DNA of 63,207 bases, the filler included, from Octopus bimaculoides (taxonomy: Eukaryota), in NCBI RefSeq assembly GCF_001194135.2. It is 8 parts of 8 records of this genome, joined end to end, with 100 filler letters (N's around TTAATTAATTAA, not from the genome) between each part and the next. Parts side by side here need not be neighbours in the genome. Positions count along the whole stretch, not along the records: positions 44,707 to 51,934 come from NC_068992.1; positions 52,035 to 59,801 come from NC_068981.1; positions 59,902 to 62,097 come from NW_026439031.1; positions 62,198 to 63,207 come from NW_026380425.1; 4 more parts are not named here. One strand, given 5' to 3'. Positions 51,826 through 63,207 of this stretch are shown here, in pieces (the first letter of the stretch is position 1; each line of letters starts with the position of its first letter). The notes under the pieces were generated by a model that saw only the letters and a program-made list of their open reading frames with translations, made no database searches and was not told the DNA's origin. Both the position numbers and the translations under genes were made by a program.

Positions 51826-52323
51826 TATGACTGAGTAATGTTACCCCCCTCGAGGGGGACTTAAGGTACTATTTATTTGATCTTCATGTAAAAGTTAGAG
51901 TTTCGGAAAGGTTGACAAGAAAGAAAACAGAAAANNNNNNNNNNNNNNNNNNNNNNNNNNNNNNNNNNNNNNNNNNNNTTAATTAATTAANNNNNNNNNN
52001 NNNNNNNNNNNNNNNNNNNNNNNNNNNNNNNNNNTATATATATATATATATATATATGAGCAGGCCTTAATATGTTGTGTTCAGATACATTATCTACTAG
52101 CAGAATTCAATTTTAAAAAAATATTCTTAGTTATATTATGTTGTACAGTACACAGTTTAGACAAAACACTGTTAACGCACCAGTAACTTATTAATCGAAC
52201 ATGCAGCATGAACGTTATATATATATATGCAAACTGATGAATCCAGTTTAGTTGATCCATTAGAGCTCAGCGGAGAGTTTAAAAGAATACAGACTCATGG
52301 AAATTTAGAGTAGATTCCAGTCT

Positions 52324-52381
<58 letters not shown>

Positions 52382-53432
52382 ACGTGTTTCTATCTGACTG
52401 TATTGTATATGTAGTGTTGAACCTTTGGAAAATAATTTAGTAGAGTATAGACTTAATATACAAGTTTGTAGAAAGAATTTATTTCAAAGACTGTAAGTTG
52501 CAAGCAAATACTAGTTTTCAAGACTTTGAGATCGTCTCTCAGTGATATTGAACACAATGTCACTGATACAAAGATGAAATCCTGATTTAATTTCAGTCAT
52601 CTAGTGAAGTTCTTCTTTGGCACAGCCCTTACCGTGTGATCTCTACGAATGCATGCCTTTATCGAAACACTTACAATCATTATAAACAGCAATGATGAAT
52701 GCTTGATGCTCTGTTATCAGTCACTGGTAACTCTGGTGACGCTGGATGAGGTAATTAAACGTTTGGTAGTATCAATAAATAACCAAAATACAAAGGAAAC
52801 GTAAAACGAAAATCAATAGTTATAAATACAATCAGTGCACGAAATTGCATCAAACACTGGATCTTTAACTCTAGTACAATACTCACAGCAATAACGGAAT
52901 AGAAGCAATGTAAATAATAATTGATCGCAATTCAGAGAACGGACGTAAACTCAAATCAGGAGGAGTGGTCTCTTAAGGCAGATGGCTAAATTATTTTTTC
53001 TTCAATTATTTTTCTTTGAGGCGGCGGTCTATTGTTGGATATAATGGTTCTTCCCATTTTACTTTTCTCTTTTCTGACCCTCACCTTATTAATACATTTC
53101 CTAACAGCAATATTGGCATTTGCTCTATATTGATACAACGAAAACTTACTTCAATCGAACTGCACCTAGTCAAATCAATGTGAAAGAAAACGGCAGCTTG
53201 CATCAAAATTATTTTTAGATCCATTCAAGTAAAGGAAGTCACTATGTAAAGGAGAAACATACGCAGACACTGCAATACCAATGAAAATTACATTTATAGA
53301 AATATGGAAAGAGATGTTCAAACACAATTACTTAAACAAACACGCGCGCGCACGCACGCACATAAGCGTGTCTCCATACATATACGCACATACATATATA
53401 TATACATATAGATAGATAAATAGATAGATAGG

Positions 53433-53497
<65 letters not shown>

Positions 53498-54439
53498 GAA
53501 GGCGTGGTTGTGTAGTAAGAACTTTGCTTCTCATCTTCGTTCCTGGTTTAGCCAACTAAAGGTCTGTCAGTAGACTTGGTAGGCGGAAACTGTAGAATAT
53601 ATATATATATATATANNNNNNNNNNNNNNNNNNNNNNNNNNNNNNNNNNNNNNNNNNNNNNNNNNNNNNNNNNNNNNNNNNNNNNNNNNNNNNNNNNNNN
53701 NNNNNNNNNNNNNNNNNNNNNNNNNNNNNNNNNNNNNNNNNNNNNNNNNNNNNNNNNNNNNNNNNNNNNNNNNNNNNNNNNNNNNNNNNNNNNNNNNNNN
53801 NNNNNNNNNNNNNNNNNNNNNNNNNNNNNNNNNNNNNNNNNNNNNNNNNNNNNNNNNNNNNNNNNNNNNNNNNNNNNNNNNNNNNNNNNNNNNNNNNNNN
53901 NNNNNNNNNNNNNNNNNNNNNNNNNNNNNNNNNNNNNNNNNNNNNNNNNNNNNNNNNNNNNNNNNNNNNNNNNNNNNNNNNNNNNNNNNNNNNNNNNNNN
54001 NNNNNNNNNNNNNNNNNNNNNNNNNNNNNNNNNNNNNNNNNNNNNNNNNNNNNNNNNNNNNNNNNNNNNNNNNNNNNNNNNNNNNNNNNNNNNNNNNNNN
54101 NNNNNNNNNNNNNNNNNNNNNNNNNNNNNNNNNNNNNNNNNNNNNNNNNNNNNNNNNNNNNNNNNNNNNNNNNNNNNNNNNNNNNNNNNNNNNNNNNNNN
54201 NNNNNNNNNNNNNNNNNNNNNNNNNNNNNNNNNNNNNNNNNNNNNNNNNNNNNNNNNNNNNNNNNNNNNNNNNNNNNNNNNNNNNNNNNNNNNNNNNNNN
54301 NNNNNNNCGATGAAAATTCACTATCACATATAGAAAAATTAATAATTAAAAGCACAATAAATGAGTATAATATAAAGTAAAGTAAATATGATAAGATAAA
54401 TATAATATAATATAATATAATATAATATAATATAATATA

Positions 54440-54486
<47 letters not shown>

Positions 54487-55980
54487 TAAGTGTCTTCAGT
54501 AGATGCACTTCATCAATCACTGGGTAGATATCACTTAAGTTTCAACAGATCGAGATTTGAACGCAGAATGAAGGAGCAAATAACTAAGCCATTAATTTTA
54601 GTCACTAGAAATTTTGATTGACACAAAGTGATGAATGATTACAAATGAAAAATAAAATCTATCCATTGTTATTGTCGTAGAACAATAAATCCAAATGGAC
54701 ATATTGCAATTTTTAATGATTTAGATTTTCGGATTCTCAAAACAAGAACAGAATGAATGCTGATATTTGATATAATAGACTAAATTAGTAGAGGAAAATA
54801 TTAGACTGTACAGTTAACGTATTACTGGTATAATTAAAGTGGTGTAGCTAAATATCAGGAACACTTTGTCCGGTGGTCAACTATTCCACTCAATAAAGCA
54901 GAAATAGCATTCATATTTCTATTTTGGCCAAATCATTATATTATAGGTGAGTCATATAGTCTAACGCATTCTCTTAAGTACCTTCCTGGTTAATTTTGCT
55001 GGTGTTATTTTGTGCCAAGTCAGCCATAATCTGGTGTGTACGATAAAAGGTATTGCAGCAGTGATTATACTATAGTTTATCGTTTCATAGGAATAGTTTT
55101 TCTCGTTAAACGATGGGATATTATTTGAGAGAAATATTGCTACCAACTCGAGCTATTCCAGCAATCACAAAATATCTCGAGTTTGTTAAGATTATTGACA
55201 ATGAAAACTTGAAGTATAATGAAGGGAAATTGAATATCATAGACTCAAAATATAGAGAACCAAACCAAATAGTATATCATATATTTAACAGATGCTGTAC
55301 TGTTTCTACTGTTTTAAAGTTTATTGTATAAGTTACATTGAATATCTGCATTGAATGAATGTGTTTTTCACATAATCTGTTTATTTTTTTATATTGATTA
55401 GAGAAGAACTAGCTTGATATACATAAGTGTGCGAGTTTATGAGATTTGTTTAAACTTGTTCGATACAAGGCCTTTCTACATTAGACATAATGGATAAATG
55501 CGAACGGAATCATCGCCGGTACTAGACCGTTTCTATTTCGGGATCATCTTGGAAATGTCTTCCCACAGAGGTGATGATAGTGGCGTATTGTTTCTCCATT
55601 TTGTGGAAGTTAATCAGAGATCAATGGAAGAGTGTTATAAATGATAAAATCGGCGGTGCCAGATTTTATACTGCTTACTATATTTGATAAACTCGCCTTT
55701 ACATCCATTATAATTCATCACATGTTGCTTCAATCTAGTTTTTTTTCTTCTTTTTATCTTTTATCGTTCTTTCAATCAAACAAACAAAACACACGTGCAT
55801 AAGTTACCAGTTTATGTGTGTGTATGTCTAAGACTACCAACAACTTTAACATCCTACACTTTTACTTGGTGAACTGATTAATTTGATCTACACATCTACC
55901 TAACTGCATAATATTTTATCTACCTACCGTTTCCATCTACATCTCTTTCCCTCTCTATCTCTGCTACTCTCTCTATCTCT

Positions 55981-56070
55981 ATCTCTGCTCCTCTTTCTAT
56001 CTCTGCTCCTCTTTCTATCTCTGCTCCTCTTTCTATCTCTGCTCCTCTTTCTATCTCTGCTCCTCTCTCT
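55981..56070. repeat. 18-bp minisatellite x~5
   Basis: (ATCTCTGCTCCTCTTTCT)n. Confidence 0.9.
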
Positions 56071-56180
56071 ATCTCTATCTCTGCTCCTCTCTCTCATTCT
56101 CAATCTCCCTATTTTTACACACCTATCTATTGTTCTGTCTGTGCGCCCGTCTGTCTATCTGTCAGTCTATCTATCTATCG

Positions 56181-56252
<72 letters not shown>

Positions 56253-57402
56253 GACAGTTTATCTCTCTGTCCGTCTCTCTGTCTGCATTACAGAGCTTTG
56301 TACACACACAGAAACTTATAGACTAACATATGCATGCGTTTGTGAGTTTCTTCGTACTTACCTGTATATGTATGGGTGTCAGTGTGTGTGTGCTTGTGTG
56401 TCTGAGTGAGTACACACGCGCACGCATAGAAACCGATCGATCTATCAGCTAGTCAGTCAGGATGCTTGTATAGATATGAGACATTTATTTTCTGCTCTAT
56501 CGAAAGCTGTCTAATAAGTTCTGTCCATAAGATGAGAATGCGTGATGTGAAATACAACAACGTGTATAAAGTGATTTTTTAAATATGTTTTCTGTGTATG
56601 TGTGAGTATTCAAATGCTTGTAGGTGTGTGTGCGTGATTATATGTAACTATATGTACGTTTATCTCTTTGTGTATTTTTGGTCGTGCGTCTATGTGCGTG
56701 TGTAATGTTGAGATATATTCTCAATAGAAGTTAAATGCCGAAACAAGAAGGAACATCTTTAATCGAAAAGTCTTTTTCTCATTCAATCTCTTAGGTACAC
56801 ACATACATATAAACATAGAGACAAACAAGCAGCATCACTTAAAGCACACACACACACACATACATACGAACGCATGCACGCGCACCTGCTCGCACATACG
56901 CACACACACGCACACAGAAAGAAACATAACATCTGTACGTTCTAATATAGGCATCGTTAGATATACAGATTCCTAATATACTCACAGTCAAACACACTCA
57001 CGTATGCCCTCACTATAGAATGTACATATATTTGACTAATGTCTGGTTTGTAATTCGTCTTTATTTCTCTCACCGTATGTAAGTTTATATCGATTTCCTT
57101 CGTCAATCTGCATGTTTCTACCTATGTGCATTGTGTAATGATAGACGGATATATAACAATTCCAAACATTATTTCAGTGTTCGAACTACCTGCCATTCAA
57201 AATTTTGTATCCAATACATACATAAACCTTGCTCTTTCTGCATCACCGTTGCTCTTTACTATTCTATTGGTATATATGAAGAGGAATAAACATAAGTGTA
57301 GAGGGATATGTTTGTATGAGTACATATGCGGCTATGTGTGTGCATATATATAAGTAGGTATGTGTGCTGATAGGTAGGTATATGTAGACATGTCTATCTA
57401 CC

Positions 57403-57464
<62 letters not shown>

Positions 57465-57596
57465 ATGATTTCACTAGGTTAATTCTATTTATAAAAAATG
57501 AAATTAGGTGTTCTATATTTAAGAGATAAGGAATTGTGTACATTATTTACATTATTTACATTTGACGGGTATTTGTCATCTTGTTTGTTGTTAAGA

Positions 57597-58600
57597 TGTC
57601 TAGATGTGTTAAGTCTGTTAACCAAAGTCCCAGCTAGTAATTCACTATCGGTGATACAAGAAAAACTAGTGACAGACAGCCATCTAAAAGAAGGCACTAG
57701 TATACCAATAAGAAACTTTATGGAAATGTTGACCTTCTGTGTAGAAACTACCCACTTATATCAGTATAGACACTGATATAATTCGACAAGAGGAGGGTTT
57801 AGCTATTGGTTTAGCTGGCATTCCTGACGTGTTAATAACACGCACCAAGTATGGATTCAGGACATCCGTATACCGCAAGCCTAACTTTGCTGGACGATAG
57901 ATACCTCAACTTCAATTCCCACCATCCATACACTGTAAAGAGAGGAACTGCTCATTGCCTAAAACATCGTGCAAAGAATATAAGTAGCGATCGTGATACA
58001 CAACATGAAGACATGATCAAGCTCAGAAACGATCTGTTAAGCAACAACTACCCCAAAAGTATACAATCCACTCCAATTATGAAGAAGAGAGAGAATGAGG
58101 CCAATAAACTGTCCACAGTCTGTCTACCCTATGTGAAAGGCCTCTCTAAAAAGATACAAAAGAAATGCGGTCCATATGACATCAGGACAGTATTCAAGAG
58201 TAATAAAACACTTCGCAAATATCTCCTTCGAGTAAAACCACCAATAGAAGAGAACATGACCAAAGACACCGTGTCCTCCATCCTGTGCAGCTGTGATAGT
58301 TTATACAAGGGCGAAACATGTCGGCTCCTCAAAATAAGGATGGACGAACATCGCAAAGCTGTGACAAGAGGAGATACTGATAAATCGGGTACAGCTGATC
58401 ATATATGGAAAAATGGAGACCACCTCCCTCTGTGGGATGAATTTAAAATAATAGACAAAGAACACCACTGGAAAATACGATAACTAAAAGAAGCAGCACA
58501 TATGCTAGGACGCAACAACCCCCTAAGCAGACCGAGTGCAAATATGAATAGCATATGGGAACCGGTATTAAGGAAGGATAGGAAAATATTAGATTTATAA
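57597..58600 (+). mobile_element. Internally deleted Penelope-like element (Poseidon/Neptune-like), RT ends + GIY-YIG
   Basis: LDVLSLLTKVP...MLTFCVETT; DRYLNFNSHHPYTVKRG; CLPYVKGLS; CSCDSLYKGETCRLLKIRMDEH; WKIR*LKEAAH. Confidence 0.9.
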
Positions 58601-58629
58601 ACCCTAAAATTCTCTCCATAATTGCCCAC

Positions 58630-58745
58630 GGGCATATGGCGTAGTGGTTAAGAGCGTGGGCTACTAACCCCAAGACTCCGAGTTCGATTCCAAGCAGTGA
58701 CCTGAACAACAATAACAATAATAATTATAATAATAATAATAGCAT
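58630..58745 (+). mobile_element. Short tRNA-derived SINE
   Basis: A-box TGGCGTAGTGG, B-box GAGTTCGATTCC, no acceptor stem, (AAT)n tail. Confidence 0.75.
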
Positions 58746-59222
58746 GAAAACCCAGATTCGTTACCTTCACATTTCAACAGCTTAACTAAAATTTAACCCA
58801 CGTAACAGGAACTCAGAGGGATATCGTGGAACAGGCAAACTGCGGGTGATACAGATAATTGGACATTATTTTTGAATTCTCCATGCAAACACATATAAGA
58901 TACAAGTATTCTTTTCCTTGAGACAAGTTCATTGTTGACCAGTGTTATTTTTATCGTAGTTTAGAAATCCAAGCATGAAAATGTTACTGAACTTTGGACT
59001 TTTAGAGACAGACGCCCACTTTTCGCGCACACACACACACACACACATACATGCACTTACGTATTAATGATCGACACAAATACATGGCAGGTATATATTA
59101 TACTGAAATGCCCATTAAATAAACACATGCAGAAAAATATATTAATATAACAAATTTAAATAAATAAAAATACAATCAATGAAGAGACAAAATAAACAAT
59201 AAGATGATACATGTTGATTTTA

Positions 59223-59332
59223 TTAGGTATTTCTGTTTATTTAGAAACCTTCAATGAAATTAGGTAGTTCTGCTTATTCAGAAACCTAGAATGAAATTAG
59301 GTATTTCTGTTTATCTAAAAACCTACAATGAA
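59223..59332. repeat. 37-bp tandem repeat x3
   Basis: TTAGGTATTTCTGTTTATTTAGAAACCTTCAATGAAA-like units. Confidence 0.85.
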
Positions 59333-61666
59333 CAGGTCTGATGCTAAACTATAAATTTCACAGGGTACAACGCTAAAGTTGACACCGCTCCACTAAACGC
59401 AGAAATTTTCTATTGCGCTATTGGCTAAAAATACAGTTATTTTCTTCTATTTTTGAACGTCTATAACCTTTTTCTCCAATTATTTTCTCTACAACATCAT
59501 ACCTTCAGAGAAATGAGAATAGAAGGATACATTATTATAGCCGATTTTCAGATTTTTTTTTACTTCCTTTTAAAAAATGCATATTTTGCGAATGAAAAAA
59601 ACCAGATCCGATACATGGCTTTTGATAAAAATATTTGTTAATGCATATATGTGTGTATGTGTAACTGTGTGGTAAGAAGTTTACTTCGCAACCACATAGT
59701 TCGGTATTCAGTCGCACTGTGTGGCACTGTGTGGCACCAAGAGCTTTTGACTGGATTTGGTAGGCAGAAACTGAAAGAAGCCACACGTGTGTGTATATAT
59801 ANNNNNNNNNNNNNNNNNNNNNNNNNNNNNNNNNNNNNNNNNNNNTTAATTAATTAANNNNNNNNNNNNNNNNNNNNNNNNNNNNNNNNNNNNNNNNNNN
59901 NATAAGCCATTTTAACCGAATGTGATGACTGCGTATATGATGAAGAGAACGTTGGCAAGTTACTTTTAAAAAAAAACCGTTATTAGATTTAACGTCAAAT
60001 GCAATTTAGAGAAAGAGGAGGAGAAAGTACGAAAATAGCAGAAAGCCACGCGTTGAGAAATGTAGTGCAAAAGATGAATGGGAATAGAGCTTAAAGGCGT
60101 GGAAATAGATATATTTAGTGGAAATGAAATGTAAGGAGACAATTAAAGGTAGAATTTTATAGATTGGTTAAAAATTACTTATAGGAACTACAGGTATGTT
60201 TTTGCCAATGTTTGCAACGATAAACGTGTTTAGAAGAGAATTCTCTGAGAACAGGATGAGATAAAGTTCTTCCAAACGGAGCGGACAGGAACATTTACCT
60301 TTATCATACGGATAAGACCTAGAAAAAATATTCAATTCCAAATCAAATTGTTTATTATGTTCCTTCAGAAACCAAATTAATTTACTAAGCCCAGTATTGT
60401 TGCGTTAATTGATATTTCTAAATGTAGAGTTATGGTTAGATATTCTTTTAGACGACTGAGATGAAGAACTACCTATGTAAAAAAAAAAAAAAAACAGGAG
60501 TGGAAATAATTTTACATTGATAAACATAGTTTTTAGACTTAGAAATACTGCTAAGGAAACGAATGTGATTGGAATTTGTATTAGAAATACTATAACACCT
60601 GCGTTTAACTCCATTTCTTTATTTATCGGTCATACAAAAAAACATTTAACTAACCCTGGAATTTCTACCTTTATACGAAGGCTGTAACATCCTTGGTCCT
60701 TGGTAGTTATGTGAATTTTGTGCAACTCTGGTAGCTATTTATTTATTTTTCNNNNNNNNNNNNNNNNNNNNNNNNNNNNNNNNNNNNNNNNNNNNNNNNN
60801 NNNNNNNNNNNNNNNNNNNNNNNNNNNNNNNNNNNNNNNNNNNNNNNNNNNNNNNNNNNNNNNNNNNNNNNNNNNNNNNNNNNNNNNNNNNNNNNNNNNN
60901 NNNNNNNNNNNNNNNNNNNNNNNNNNNNNNNNNNNNNNNNNNNNNNNNNNNNNNNNNNNNNNNNNNNNNNNNNNNNNNNNNNNNNNNNNNNNNNNNNNNN
61001 NNNNNNNNNNNNNNNNNNNNNNNNNNNNNNNNNNNNNNNNNNNNNNNNNNNNNNNNNNNNNNNNNNNNNNNNNNNNNNNNNNNNNNNNNNNNNNNNNNNN
61101 NNNNNNNNNNNNNNNNNNNNNNNNNNNNNNNNNNNNNNNNNNNNNNNNNNNNNNNNNNNNNNNNNNNNNNNNNNNNNNNNNNNNNNNNNNNNNNNNNNNN
61201 NNNNNNNNNNNNNNNNNNNNNNNNNNNNNNNNNNNNNNNNNNNNNNNNNNNNNNNNNNNNNNNNNNNNNNNNNNNNNNNNNNNNNNNNNNNNNNNNNNNN
61301 NNNNNNNNNNNNNNNNNNNNNNNNNNNNNNNNNNNNNNNNNNNNNNNNNNNNNNNNNNNNNNNNNNNNNNNNNNNNNNNNNNNNNNNNNNNNNNNNNNNN
61401 NNNNNNNNNNNNNNATATATATATATATATATATATAAATTTTCCATCTATGATGAAATATTCTAATGTAGTATTTAGAGTTCGACAATTTAAATTGACA
61501 TAGTGGGTTGGTTCTCAATGAAACCCAAAGTTATATCATGGCATTGTTTGCCGTCCGACATTATCTCTATGCAGAACCTCCTTGATCCATCGATAACATC
61601 CCTAGAAAGCCTGGGTCAACACACTCACTGAGGTAAAATGACAAAGAACACATTTGGTGTCGCAAA

Positions 61667-62010
61667 GTAAAGGTTCTGAACATTTTTTTATCTGTGGACC
61701 CCTTTGATTACTATTTTATTCTGGTGGACCCGCATAGCCATTCAATGTTTAAAAGTAGTTTTATAGAAACTTCTTTCAAAATTCCTATTTTGCGATTCAT
61801 ACATTAATTTGTGTAGGGTGAATTATGTGAAATGTTAGAGAAAGAAACCGAGCTGTTTCTTGCAATAGATACATATACATACATCAAAATTAAAATTTTT
61901 CAGGAGCCCTTTTCATACTATTGTGGATCTCTAATATATTGTTTCCGTGGACACCCAAAAATCTTATATGGACCCTCAGGGGCCATATGAACACCGGTTG
62001 AGAACTTCTT
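61667..62010. mobile_element. hAT-like MITE (decayed)
   Basis: Ends GGTTCTGAAC / GTTGAGAACT resemble hAT-type GGTTCTCAAC TIRs; repeated GTGGACCC subterminal motifs. Confidence 0.55.
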
Positions 62011-62910
62011 GTGTAAACTACGACATTTTATTTATCTGAAACTATATGTAAGAAATCACTATCTAAATGATAGACAACCTCCAAAATTTTATCGATTNNN
62101 NNNNNNNNNNNNNNNNNNNNNNNNNNNNNNNNNNNNNNNNNTTAATTAATTAANNNNNNNNNNNNNNNNNNNNNNNNNNNNNNNNNNNNNNNNNNNNCTA
62201 CTACAACAGCATGTGTGAAAAAAGAAGAAAGGAGAAAAGAAAAAAGTGAAAATGAAAAATGAAAAAGAAAATGGTGGAAGGTAAGAAGACAAAAAGTTGT
62301 TGAAAATGGTTTTGAGAAGAGATCAGTTTATCAGGAACAAAGAAATGGAATACATTTAGGAATGGTCAAAAATGTTGTTGAGTTCTTGTCAACAGTTGAC
62401 CTTTGTGACTCTTTTGATATGAGGTCATTTTATTCATTTTTCATCGTTGGTATGGTGTGCCCTTATTTAGTCACACACACATACATACATATATACATAC
62501 ATATATACATACATACACATACATCCATACATTTATACATGCGTGTATACATACATCCACACACACAAACATACCTATACACACTTACACACCTGCATCT
62601 ACGTACACATACATTCGCACATACGCTCACACATACATTCGCATACATACAAATGTCTCCATGTGTATACATATACATAAATATCCATACATATCCATAC
62701 ACATATACACACATATATATAAACACCCACACCCACATATATCTATACATATATATATACACACATACATATACTTACACATAATATAAATATGTGTGTG
62801 GACACATGCATATGTGTTCACACATACACACATAAGAGAGTGTACATCCATACAAACTTATATCCCTTTATTTTTATGTCAATATACATACATGCCTGCA
62901 CACACATATA

Positions 62911-63207
62911 TGCACATCTATCAATGTGCTCACTGAGATATATCTGGCGATATTGTGGGGAAGATATCTGTTGTTTGTGGACTGTACATCTCTGTCTGAC
63001 AAACGTTCCTGTTGACTCTATGTAGTCTTTATGGCAGTCCAAGCATCTGATTACAACTACATAGGGTCGACCGGAATGTTTGTCAGACGGGAATATACAG
63101 TCCACAAACATCAGATATATTCCCCCAATATCGCTAGATATATCTCAGTGAACACACTGACAGATGTGCAGAACAACTGCAACCACAATTCCTAATCTTC
63201 CCATTAT
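62911..63207. mobile_element. Penelope-like GIY-YIG fragment present as an inverted duplication
   Basis: Minus strand VVVIRCLDCHKDYIESTG...VHKQQI...LSEHIDRCA; plus strand YIGSTG...VHKHQI...LSEHTDRCA...FLIFPL; arms 62911-63025 and 63057-63170. Confidence 0.85.

Noticed and set aside
52597-52750. Plus-strand exon between tttcag and gtaatt
   Set aside because: All three frames contain stops and there is no partner exon.
54790-55331. Decayed GPCR-like pseudogene (hydrophobic stretches, VYRFIGIVF)
   Set aside because: Needs several stops and frameshifts to assemble and the resemblance is weak; TBLASTX/HMMER would be needed.
58630-58705. tRNA gene
   Set aside because: A/B boxes are present but there is no acceptor stem or T-tract terminator, and it ends in (AAT)n; a SINE head.
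60405-60614. Small hydrophobic membrane protein ORF
   Set aside because: AT-rich, includes a poly-T run, and has no recognisable motif or credible intron.

Overview
AT-rich, microsatellite-dense animal genomic DNA with many N gaps. The SINE/LINE repertoire suggests an octopus-like cephalopod; this is an inference from recalled repeat families and was not verified. Seven identical 100-bp spacers (44 N + TTAATTAATTAA + 44 N) split the window into eight pieces, so adjacency across them cannot be trusted. Host genes: nine phase-consistent plus-strand exons (35251-44187, 1192 nt, about 397 aa) of a complement C3-like thioester-family gene covering roughly MG1-MG4, and two phase-consistent minus-strand exons (45419-46114) of an unidentified gene. 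A decayed U6 snRNA copy lies antisense in a C3 intron and directly abuts a SINE. The rest is mostly decayed mobile DNA: six Penelope-like (RT/GIY-YIG) fragments, RTE, R4/Dong-like and L1/Tx1-like LINEs, a gypsy RT fragment, two Tc1/mariner fossils, several palindromic MITEs, tRNA-derived SINEs and simple repeats. No CRISPR array, rRNA or intact tRNA is supported. Most ORFs in the supplied track are artefacts of N runs and microsatellites.
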